A DNA stretch of 64,000 bases from Pocillopora damicornis (lineage: Eukaryota): NCBI RefSeq assembly GCF_003704095.1, contig NW_020845457.1, positions 1 to 64,000 of the forward strand, read 5' to 3'. Under the pieces are notes generated by a model. It was not told the DNA's origin, did no database searches, and was given only the letters and a program-made list of their open reading frames with translations. Positions 1-10,560 of the stretch are shown here, piece after piece. Both the position numbers and the translations under genes were made by a program. Positions within the stretch are counted from its first letter, which is position 1, and each line of letters starts with the position of its first letter.

Positions 1-651
1 AAGACTGAATTGATTGTAGTATTGCAAATGTTTCATACATAACCTCAGGTTAGTTGATGGAGTCCTGCAAGGTTTGGAAAGGGTCGAACAAATTACGTGC
101 GTTCAAGCTTCAAAGCAAAACCGACNNNNNNNNNNNNNNNNNNNNNNNNNNNNNNNNNNNNNNNNNNNNNNNNNNNNNNNNNNNNNNNNNNNNNNNNNNN
201 NNNNNNNNNNNNNNNNNNNNNNNNNNNNNNNNNNNNNNNNNNNNNNNNNNNNNNNNNNNNNNNNNNNNNNNNNNNNNNNNNNNNNNNNNNNNNNNNNNNN
301 NNNNNNNNNNNNNNNNNNNNNNNNNNNNNNNNNNNNNNNNNNNNNNNNNNNNNNNNNNNNNNNNNNNNNNNNNNNNNNNNNNNNNNNNNNNNNNNNNNNN
401 NNNNNNNNNNNNNNNNNNNNNNNNNNNNNNNNNNNNNNNNNNNNNNNNNNNNNNNNNNNNNNNNNNNNNNNNNNNNNNNNNNNNNNNNNNNNNNNNNNNN
501 NNNNNNNNNNNNNNNNNNNNNNNNNNNNNNNNNNNNNNNNNNNNNNNNNNNNNNNNNNNNNNNNNNNNNNNNNNNNNNNNNNNNNNNNNNNNNNNNNNNN
601 NNNNNNNNNNNNNNNNNNNNNNNNNNNNNNNNNNNNNNNNNNNNNNNNNNN

Positions 652-1578
652 TTGTAAACCGGGTTACACAGGAAAATATTGCGAAACTGGTGAGTTATTC
701 GTTTAATATAAATTGAACCATGTTCGTTAATTACAAATTTTAAGTAATGTCATTCGGTGTTGAAAACTGCAAACGCTTGTCCATTTAACGCCATTAAAAT
801 NNNNNNNNNNNNNNNNNAGAACAAGAAATTGATATAAAACATTTTTTGTAGATATCAGCGTATGTTCCATGGCCAGTGATCCCTGTTTAAATGGAGGGAC
901 GTGTGTTGCTGAGGCTCTTGGACATCCGCTTTGTAATTGTCGGCCTGGATACGGAGGAAACCTCTGCCAGACTGGTGCGTATGTCACTNNNNNNNNNNNN
1001 NNNNNNNNNNNNNNNNNNCAACTGATCTTTAAATAAAGACCCAGTGGGGTTTTCTTTGAATTTATTCTGACACAATCTATCAGGATTTGTTGAAATCAAA
1101 GAAGTATCCTTTTTTTTCCTCCTCGCGCACATNNNNNNNNNNNNNNNNNNNNNNNNNNNNNNNNNNNNNNNNNNNNNNNNNNNNNNNNNNNNNNNNNNNN
1201 NNNNNNNNNNNNNNNNNNNNNNNNNNNNNNNNNNNNNNNNNNNNNNNNNNNNNNNNNNNNNNNNNNNNNNNNNNNNNNNNNNNNNNNNNNNNNNNNNNNN
1301 NNNNNNNNNNNNNNNNNNNNNNNNNNNNNNNNNNNNNNNNNNNNNNNNNNNNNNNNNNNNNNNNNNNNNNNNNNNNNNNNNNNNNNNNNNNNNNNNNNNN
1401 NNNNNNNNNNNNNNNNNNNNNNNNNNNNNNNNNNNNNNNNNNNNNNNNNNNNNNNNNNNNNNNAGACATCAATGAATGCTCCAGTAACCCCTGTTTAAAC
1501 GGAATGTCGTGTTTTGATCTAGTGAATGGATATGAATGTATGTGAGACCAGATCAATTATGACGGAGTTCATTGTGAA
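652..1578 (+). CDS. Partial gene: three phase-1 EGF-like exons (<652-689, 852-974, 1466->1578); third has an in-frame TGA
   Basis: [13 protein letters not shown]|gtgagt; ag|[41 protein letters not shown]|gtgcgt; ag|[37 protein letters not shown]. Confidence 0.65.
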
Positions 1579-2586
1579 NNNNNNNNNNNNNNNNNNNNNN
1601 NNNNNNNNNNNNNNNNNNNNNNNNNNNNNNNNNNNNNNNNNNNNNNNNNNNNNNNNNNNNNNNNNNNNNNNNNNNNNNNNNNNNNNNNNNNNNNNNNNNN
1701 NNNNNNNNNNNNNNNNNNNNNNNNNNNNNNNNNNNNNNNNNNNNNNNNNNNNNNNNNNNNNNNNNNNNNNNNNNNNNNNNNNNNNNNNNNNNNNNNNNNN
1801 NNNNNNNNNNNNNNNNNNNNNNNNNNNNNNNNNNNNNNNNNNNNNNNNNNNNNNNNNNNNNNNNNNNNNNNNNNNNNNNNNNNNNNNNNNNNNNNNNNNN
1901 NNNNNNNNNNNNNNNNNNNNNNNNNNNNNNNNNNNNNNNNNNNNNNNNNNNNNNNNNNNNNNNNNNNNNNNNNNNNNNNNNNNNNNNNNNNNNNNNNNNN
2001 NNNNNNNNNNNNNNNNNNNNNNNNNNNNNNNNNNNNNNNNNNNNNNNNNNNNNNNNNNNNNNNNNNNNNNNNNNNNNNNNNNNNNNNNNNNNNNNNNNNN
2101 NNNNNNNNNNNNNNCTTACGTTTTACTGCCATAATAAAGGTTTATAAGTGATTCCGACCCGTTCCTCCGCCACTGTTTACTCGTGGTTCGAGCTGGCAGG
2201 TGATTAGTTTGCATTTTCATCNNNNNNNNNNCCACACCCTCTTGGACGGATCCTAGTGTGGAAGAGCCCATGAAATCGTACAGATTACTTTTGAAACGCA
2301 ATTTCAAAGTGCAGCAGATAACCGAGACGACCTGGCATAAATTTTTTAGAGCTTAATCATTTATGTTCCTATCTTTTATCCTTTTGAGCTTTTTTGCTCT
2401 TTAACCATCAGTAATTTGGACCAAGTATACTCCTTACATTTGCGGTCTTAACAATCGCAACGGGATCACATAAGGAGTTACAGAGCNNNNNNNNNNNNNN
2501 NNNNNNNNNNNNNNNNNNNNNNNNNNNNNNNNNNNNNNNNNNNNNNNNNNNNNNNNNNNNNNNNNNNNNNNNNNNNNNNNNNNNNN

Positions 2587-3235
2587 TAAACAGGGGTTAC
2601 TGGAGCATTCATTGATGTCTACAAGAAAGAAAAATGTCTCCTATCAATTTATTGCATGAGCTTACAGNNNNNNNNNNATTCATTATCCTGATCAACAGAC
2701 GTCTTCCGTTTACTCAGGGGTCACTTTCACATTCGCTGATGTGTGCGAGGAGGAAAAAAAAGGATACTTCTTTNNNNNNNNNNAATCCTGATGGATTGTG
2801 TCAGAATAAATTGAAATAAAACCTCAGGGTCTTTATTTAATAGACAATAAAAAATTCAGTTGATGTCAGCAAGCTGAGCAACATCGTAGAGAAGTGANNN
2901 NNNNNNNAGTCTGGCAGAGGTTTCCTCCGTATCCAGGCCGACAATTGCAAAGCGGATAGCCAAGAGCCTCAGCAACACACGTCCCTCCATTTAAACAGGG
3001 ATTACTGGTCATGGAACATACGCTGATATCTACAAAAAATGTTTTNNNNNNNNNNCTTGTTCTTCCTAAATATTCAGAGCATTTTAATGGCGGTAAATGA
3101 ACAAGCGTTTGCAGTTTTCAACACAGAATGACATTACTTAAAATTGGTAATTAACAAACATTGTTCAATTTATATTAGACAAATAACTCACCAGTTTCGC
3201 AATATTTTCCTGTGTAACCCGGTTTACAATTACAG
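2587..3235 (-). CDS. Partial gene: three EGF-like exons (3192->3235, 2908-3029, <2587-2618), possibly downstream exons of the PAN exon at 5752-6072
   Basis: [15 protein letters not shown]|gtgagt; ag|[41 protein letters not shown]; ag|[11 protein letters not shown] then N gap. Confidence 0.65.
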
Positions 3236-4496
3236 NNNNNNNNNNNNNNNNNNNNNNNNNNNNNNNNNNNNNNNNNNNNNNNNNNNNNNNNNNNNNNNNN
3301 NNNNNNNNNNNNNNNNNNNNNNNNNNNNNNNNNNNNNNNNNNNNNNNNNNNNNNNNNNNNNNNNNNNNNNNNNNNNNNNNNNNNNNNNNNNNNNNNNNNN
3401 NNNNNNNNNNNNNNNNNNNNNNNNNNNNNNNNNNNNNNNNNNNNNNNNNNNNNNNNNNNNNNNNNNNNNNNNNNNNNNNNNNNNNNNNNNNNNNNNNNNN
3501 NNNNNNNNNNNNNNNNNNNNNNNNNNNNNNNNNNNNNNNNNNNNNNNNNNNNNNNNNNNNNNNNNNNNNNNNNTATTATCATCATTTGATGTGTTGTATT
3601 TTAGTGATTTTAATTTTTTAGTTTTTGTTGCAGGTCTAAGTACGTTTTTATGTACTCTTGGATCAACTAATCTTTCGATTTGTTTGATTCTTAAATTTCG
3701 TGTAAAGTTCAATTTTTTTCCTTTTCAAATTAACGTAAATTGATTTTTTGAGTGCTTTGGATTNNNNNNNNNNGACTGTTGTGTGTCGGTTTTGCTTTGA
3801 AGCTTGAACGCACGTAACTTGTTCGACTCTTTCAAAACCTTGCAGGACTCCATCAACTAACCTGAGGTTATGTATGAAATATTTGCAATACTATAATTAA
3901 TTCAGTCTTTCTTCCATCAATACACGCACTTTCGCCTTCTCTCATGATTTATNNNNNNNNNNNNNNNNNNNNNNNNNNNNNNNNNNNNNNNNNNNNNNNN
4001 NNNNNNNNNNNNNNNNNNNNNNNNNNNNNNNNNNNNNNNNNNNNNNNNNNNNTAACTTCAATCTCGAGTTCAGAGCCATTTGCAGCTCCAAAGAGGATTT
4101 TTTTGCCTGCTGATTCTGAAGCAGATGATTAACATCTTTCGCTTGTTTGTTTGACAACCTTGACTAAGGCTATTATCGAAGACTATTACTATAAATGATA
4201 AAGTCATCGATGAAAAGTACTCAAAATCTACGTTTTTGAAAAAGAATGTTTCGCTGACTTCGAATTTTTTTCCTTCGCTGACGAATGATCTCAAACATTT
4301 GAGTTTTAGAATTAAGAAGAACACGAACAGGACCGAACCTTTTTTGTACCGATTCTTATGCAAACAACAGCTTTTATATAATCATTTTTTTGGAACGCCC
4401 TGGGGTTATCAAAGGTATAAATGAGCTTGTCAGTGATGACATGTGAAGTTACATGCAATGACGTCTTAAAGGAAAATGTTTCAACTTTCTTTGTTC

Positions 4497-4919
4497 CATA
4501 GGACAAGTTGGTATCTGTGAGTGCTTCTCCGCCATAGGAANNNNNNNNNNNNNNNNNNNNNNNNNNNNNNNNNNNNNNNNNNNNNNNNNNNNNNNNNNNN
4601 NNNNNNNNNGCGTTTCTAGAAAGTTTTACAGAGAAACATCTGCTTTTCAAACGGGAAAAGTCATGAACTTCCATGCGGGAATTTTGTGTGTGCTGATTCT
4701 TATGCAAATTTTTCATCCTTATGTTTTGTTTGGCGATAAGGCTTTTGGTGATTTAGGGTGTATAAGCTGAATAACAGGATAAAGGAATCCGGCTTATCCA
4801 TTATTCGTTGGATATTTTTTCATGTACTTCATTTTTATTTTTCCTAACAACACCTAACTCATACGTTCATGCTTGTTCCTATGGCGGAGAAGCACTCACA
4901 GATACCAACTTGTCCTATG
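4497..4919. repeat. 44-bp perfect inverted repeat (4497-4540 / 4876-4919), each arm next to an N gap
   Basis: cataggacaagttggtatctgtgagtgcttctccgccataggaa and its exact reverse complement. Confidence 0.7.
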
Positions 4920-5488
4920 AAACNNNNNNNNNNNNNNNNNNNNNNNNNNNNNNNNNNNNNNNNNNNNNNNNNNNNNNNNNNNNNNNNNNNNNNNNNNNNN
5001 NNNNNNNNNNNNNNNNNNNNNNNNNNNNNNNNNNNNNNNNNNNNNNNNNNNNNNNNNNNNNNNNNNNNNNNNNNNNNNNNNNNNNNNNNNNNNNNNNNNN
5101 NNNNNNNNNNNNNNNNNNNNNNNNNNNNNNNNNNNNNNNNNNNNNNNNNNNNNNNNNNNNNNNNNNNNNNNNNNNNNNNNNNNNNNNNNNNNNNNNNNNN
5201 NNNNNNNNNNNNNNNNNNNNNNNNNNNNNNNNNNNNNNNNNNNNNNNNNNNNNNNNNNNNNNNNNNNNNNNNNNNNNNNNNNNNNNATTAAAGAAACCTT
5301 CAGAAACCTTTACGGACTTATCGAGATTTTTGAGATAATTAAGTGTAAAAATAGAAGTATTAATTTTAAAAGCAGATGTTCCATTCGTTGATTGAGAGTC
5401 ANNNNNNNNNNTATGAGAATAGTATTTGGACTACCCTTTTCATTTCCACCTGCGGTAACTTTAGGGTGAAAACCAGAACTCTCCTGAA

Positions 5489-5651
5489 ATGTTGGCTTTT
5501 GCTGTAAGTTTCACCATCTTTCTGGAGTTTGCTCNNNNNNNNNNAACAGTCACTAGCCATTTACATCTCGACGGCAGAAGTGGGTTAAGAAGGAACATTC
5601 ATGTAAAGAAAAATCGAGTTTCGTACGGACATTTTGCAGTTGAAAGATTCC
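5489..5651 (+). CDS. Gap-truncated exon 1 of a PAN-EGF-USOMP5-like family member (signal peptide + start of PAN region), opposite strand to the other copies
   Basis: MLAFAVSFTIFLEFA..SHLHLDGRSGLRRNIHVKKNRVSYGHFAVERF aligns with the LDG.xGL.R...SYGNF..KF motif of the other copies. Confidence 0.6.
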
Positions 5652-5751
5652 NNNNNNNNNNNNNNNNNNNNNNNNNNNNNNNNNNNNNNNNNNNNNNNNN
5701 NNNNNNNNNNNNNNNNNNNNNNNNNNNNNNNNNNNNNNNNNNNNNNNNNNN

Positions 5752-6072
5752 GTATTTATCTTCATTTAACAGCTCACATCGAAGATTTCCTTCTGAATTT
5801 GGAGATGAGGCGACGTTTAACGAAGAACATGGCGGATTTTCCACACAATTGATAGCACACTCTCTGTAGCTGCTCACGACAATCGATAAACCAACTGATA
5901 CCTGAAGACGATGGAACTTGTCAGCTGCAAAGTTGCCATACGATACCTTTTTTTCTTGGAAATAAACTCCTCGCCTTAGGCCAGCTCTTCCATCCAGTTT
6001 AAATTCGCTTTGTTCAGCTTTCATATCAGAAAGCAGAACCAAAAAGTGATAACAAATGATAAATTTAAACAT
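5752..6072 (-). CDS. Gap-truncated exon 1 (signal peptide + PAN/Apple domain), family copy A
   Basis: MFKFIICYHFLVLLS...RECAINCVENPPCSSLNVASS...[10 protein letters not shown] shows PAN-type C-x3-C-x5-C...C spacing; runs into an N gap. Confidence 0.75.
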
Positions 6073-6871
6073 TTGCGTTTCTATCCTATGCCTGTCTTGC
6101 CTGTGTATCAATTAAGCGAAGACCTAACAACTGGTTCTATTTGCGTGCAGAATCTGATGCAAATGAGTATCACCTTCTGTGTGTGTTATTTCGTTATGAA
6201 TAAAAAATAAATGTACTTTTTCAACGATGTCTTGCTATTGATGACTAATTGTAGAGTAATTCTTTACCATTTGAATTAAGACAAATAGCATAAAGATAGA
6301 ATAACTTAAAGAAGCTTAGCAGGGCGAAAAGAAGCCATTCTAAACTGTTCCTCTGGCTATATTTCAGTGCGTTCCCATTTATGACCAAGGTCTGATTAGA
6401 TCGTTGGAGAGGGGCACTTGGGTGCCCCTGACTTTGCTATGCGACATAACTACTCTTAAAATAATTCTTCGAAATAAATAATATGCGACTCCTTTTGTTT
6501 CTGGTTTGCAAAGGTGCGCCACCCAAATCCGAAGAATGTTTATGTTGTCAGTCTTTTCCAGTACTAGGAAATTTATTCACCAGTTTTTCTCTCTACTTGA
6601 ATACGTACCCGCTGATGCATTACGAAAAACGAAAGCTCGTAAGCATGAACTCCCCTACGCTTGAAAGATCAAAGTCACGCCTCCAGAAACCAGCTGATTA
6701 TAGAATAAACATCGCGAAGAAAAATGATAAGAAATTTAGCTTATTCGGCGACGAGATAAATAAATTTGTTAACTGCCCTTTGCTAAGAAAAACTTTCCAA
6801 CTACTGTTATGCCTGAACTCGTTAAGAAGCTTTTATATAACAATAAAATAAAAAGAAGAAGAGATGATTAA

Positions 6872-9800
6872 TTATTGCACCAAGATGTATCCCATAGCTC
6901 TGATTTGAGCGCCACCATTTCCGCATGTATTGCTGTCTTCATGTAACCCTCCCGTACCAAATCCGATTCTGCTATCACAAGTGTAGCAGTCGTTCTCATT
7001 GTTACCAAGAATACCAATTCTAGCTTTGCCGAAATCAGAATTACCGCTGACCACATTGAATCCTTCCCTGTCACAATTAGGTAGTAACGAAGCCTGTGCA
7101 CCGATAAGCGATAACCATGCGCTACGGCCCAATGATGTGGGGCGATGAGTTCCGTCAGCAATCAGTGAATACAATGAACTGGCCTGCTCGGTTAGCACTA
7201 TGAATTGTTTTTGCTGATCGATCTTCATTCCGAGACAAATCTTGTGGAAGGGCGTGTTCCAATAGGTTCGTAACTTGGTCTCTTGCGAGTCGAACCCAGT
7301 CTCTCCTCCAGCAAGGTTGTACTCATTTGCGAGGTTCCAGTATGAAGAGTGAAAGTGAAAAGTTTGCTTAAAAAGAAACAAAATGAAAGAAAAGCATTAA
7401 AAAAAATACAACAATGGAAAAAAAAAGCAGACGAAAACAAGCAAACAAAAAAACAAACAAACAAAAACCAAAAAAAAGGGAGGAAAAGAGGTGTTTTAGT
7501 TAACGATCGAAGGGGCAAAGTATATGCTTGATTTGCCGGCTTGTTATGAAAAGAAAAATGGGCAAGGTTCGCTATAAATCGTTCGGAAACAAAGTTGAAC
7601 TTCAACCTCCATATTATTAGCTAATACAGTGTACTTGCGATAATCAAGCTCAAAGTTTACTCTCTTGTTGTTTAATTTGCACGCACAAGACGCCATCAAC
7701 AATGCTGATCTTAGCAGTGTGTAGCATGCGCTTTGCATATGAACCTAGTTATCATCTAGCTTACCACTGAGGTCTCTGTAATTCACCGGTTCCTTTAGAG
7801 GAAATTCTACCCCGGCCAGGGGTAATAAAATGAATAACATCTTTCTTTGTGCAGCTTACCTTATTACCATCCATTTTTATAACTGTTGTCCAGCCACCAC
7901 TGCCACACCCAAAATCCCCCATGTGACAGTACACAGAGGTCAGTTGTCCTCCAACGAAGAGTGAATATCGTTGACTGGAAGCATTTGACCTTTGAAAAAG
8001 GAGAACTCAGTCAAAGAATCAAATCAGGGCAGAACATGAGTATGCTTATCCAGTAACGATCTATGGTTTAGTTCTGTTGCTTCCCAGACCACCAGTTTTT
8101 TAAATCGCAATTTGTTTTTGTTTTAGCGAGACATTTCAGTGTGGAAAAAAAATCCGTTCTATGTCTTTTACATGAAAACTCATAACCAAACTCACCCAGA
8201 TCATCACGTTCTTCCATGAAAGTTTTAAAAAAGGCATCAAATTGTAAAATGGTAAAAGGATGCAACTTAATGACTTACCGAGAAAGGTACACGTCGTTGC
8301 ATGAGCGTAATGCTGAAAGCAATAAAAATAGTTTTTCAGTCATTAGGTTTAAACAAAAAATTAAAACATCCAAATATTCACAATAGATTTGTGCCAGGGT
8401 TATATATTTTGAGTTGCATAAATCCTTATTTCTTCAGCCTCAATTTATTNNNNNNNNNNNNNNNNNNNNNNNNNNNNNNNNNNNNNNNNNNNNNNNNNNN
8501 NNNNNNNNNNNNNNNNNNNNNNNNNNNNNNNNNNNNNNNNNNNNNNNNNNNNNNNNNNNNNNNNNNNNNNNNNNNNNNNNNNNNNNNNNNNNNNNNNNNN
8601 NNNNNNNNNNNNNNNNNNNNNNNNNNNNNNNNNNNNNNNNNNNNNNNNNNNNNNNNNNNNNNNNNNNNNNNNNNNNNNNNNNNNNNNNNNNNNNNNNNNN
8701 NNNNNNNNNNNNNNNNNNNNNNNNNNNNNNNNNNNNNNNNNNNNNNNNNNNNNNNNNNNNNNNNNNNNNNNNNNNNNNNNNNNNNNNNNNNNNNNNNNNN
8801 NNNNNNNNNNNNNNNNNNNNNNNNNNNNNNNNNNNNNNNNNNNNNNNNNNNNNNNNNNNNNNNNNNNNNNNNNNNNNNNNNNNNNNNNNNNNNNNNNNNN
8901 NNNNNNNNNNNNNNNNNNNNNNNNNNNNNNNNNNNNNNNNNNNNNNNNNNNNNNNNNNNNNNNNNNNNNNNNNNNNNNNNNNNNNNNNNNNNNNNNNNNN
9001 NNNNNNNNNNNNNNNNNNNNTTGCTAAGGAATTACGTAAACAGAGTGAGTGCATGAGTAAGAGGCAGCGCAACCTGTTGCTAAGCTTTGCGTTTGTGCGG
9101 GTAAAAATAGCGGACATTCGTTGATGTCTGTTCGGAGAAAGATTTTTGGAAATGATGAGATAAGAGCAGCTGGTTCATCGATAATGTAGTTAAGTAATAG
9201 ACATCGTTTCAGAAAGAGATGAAAACGAAATCAGTTCACACAATTTTAAACATCAGCTCTTTTAGCAAATGGTATATTACATTGCTTTTTACAATATCCT
9301 TGCTTGAGAAAATAATATATAATATATATATAAAATATATAATATATATATAAAATATATAATATATATATAAATATATATAACTGCAGACAGTACTGTT
9401 TTGGCCTTCTGGGCCTCATCAGTGCAATGCTGACGCTAAGATGGAGGTAAGGCAATATAACAACCCCAAGTGATCTCACATATGTGGGATCATCTAAGCC
9501 ATGCCAGAGTGGTCAAACTAGAAAAACTAGTGAGCATGCACAATGCTAGCAGCAATGACTCATCCTAGTAGAGTGCTCAATTTGGACATGAAAGCAAAGC
9601 TTTGTATGCCAAAGAGCTATATCTAACTATATATATATATATATATATATTTATTACCTGTTTACCAGTAAAACAAATTATGATAGTTTTTTGACCAATC
9701 AGACTGCGCTTGTATCTCAGTTACCGTATGATGTAATCCATGCAAATGTTAACTAGAGGTGGTAGAGGAAGTAGACACTCACCAGTTTGACAGCGAACTC

Positions 9801-10502
9801 CATTGTATCCAGGCTGACAGTTACAAACATATCCATTAACCCGATCAACGCACGTCCCTCCGTTTAGACAGGGATTACTGGAACATTCGTTGATATCTGC
9901 AATAAAAGATAGCAGACTCTGGGATGGCCTTGACCGAGCTTTTGGTTGATACGTTGATAATCTTTCAGTCATTAGGTTTAAACAAAAAAAATAAAACATC
10001 CAAATATTCAATAGATTTGTGCCGGGGTGATATTTTGAGTTAAATCCTTATTCCTTCAGCTTCAATTCGTTCTGCGACATTGCTAAGGAATTACGTAAAC
10101 AGAGTGAGTGCATGAATAAGAGGCAGCGCAACCCGTTGCTAAGCTTTGCGTTTGTACGGGTAAAAATGGCGGACATTCGTTGATGTCTGTTCGGAGAAAG
10201 ATTTTCGGAAATGGCGAGATAAGAGCAGCTGGTTCATCGATAATGTAGTTAAGTAATAGACAGCGTTTCAGATAGAGATGAAAAGGAAATCAGTTCACGC
10301 AATTTATTTCAAATTGCACGAGAAAAATTATGTGATTACGTATTAATAACATACATGAAAAAATACGAGTTAGCCTATCATTATTATGCAGAAGCAAAGC
10401 GCGCATCAAGTGCAAAAATAATTTATTCAAACCCTGCAAGTGACATCGTGCGTTCGGTTAAAACAACCGCGTAAGATCAAAAAATATATATATATATATA
10501 TA

Positions 10503-10560
<58 letters not shown>

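Larger units (their letters stand above)
1..3909. repeat. Large inverted duplication (arms ~1-1578 and ~2587-3909) containing mirrored EGF exons
   Basis: 1-125 is the reverse complement of 3785-3909 (6 mismatches in 125). 652-988 mirrors 2895-3235, 1020-1132 mirrors 2739-2845 and 1464-1499 mirrors 2587-2620. Both arms are broken by N gaps. Confidence 0.85.
8335..10305. repeat. Direct duplication of an intronic segment: 8335-8449 + 9021-9246 vs 9962-10305
   Basis: tttcagtcattaggtttaaacaaaaaa...aaatcagttcac occurs twice at high identity, once 5' of the second EGF exon and once 5' of the next exon. Confidence 0.85.

Noticed and set aside
2115-2332. Possible minus-strand exon (ag...gtaag) at the centre of the inverted duplication
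   Set aside because: No recognisable domain and interrupted by Ns; cannot be assigned
54-9124. Long ORFs composed mostly of X
   Set aside because: Artefacts of translating N gaps
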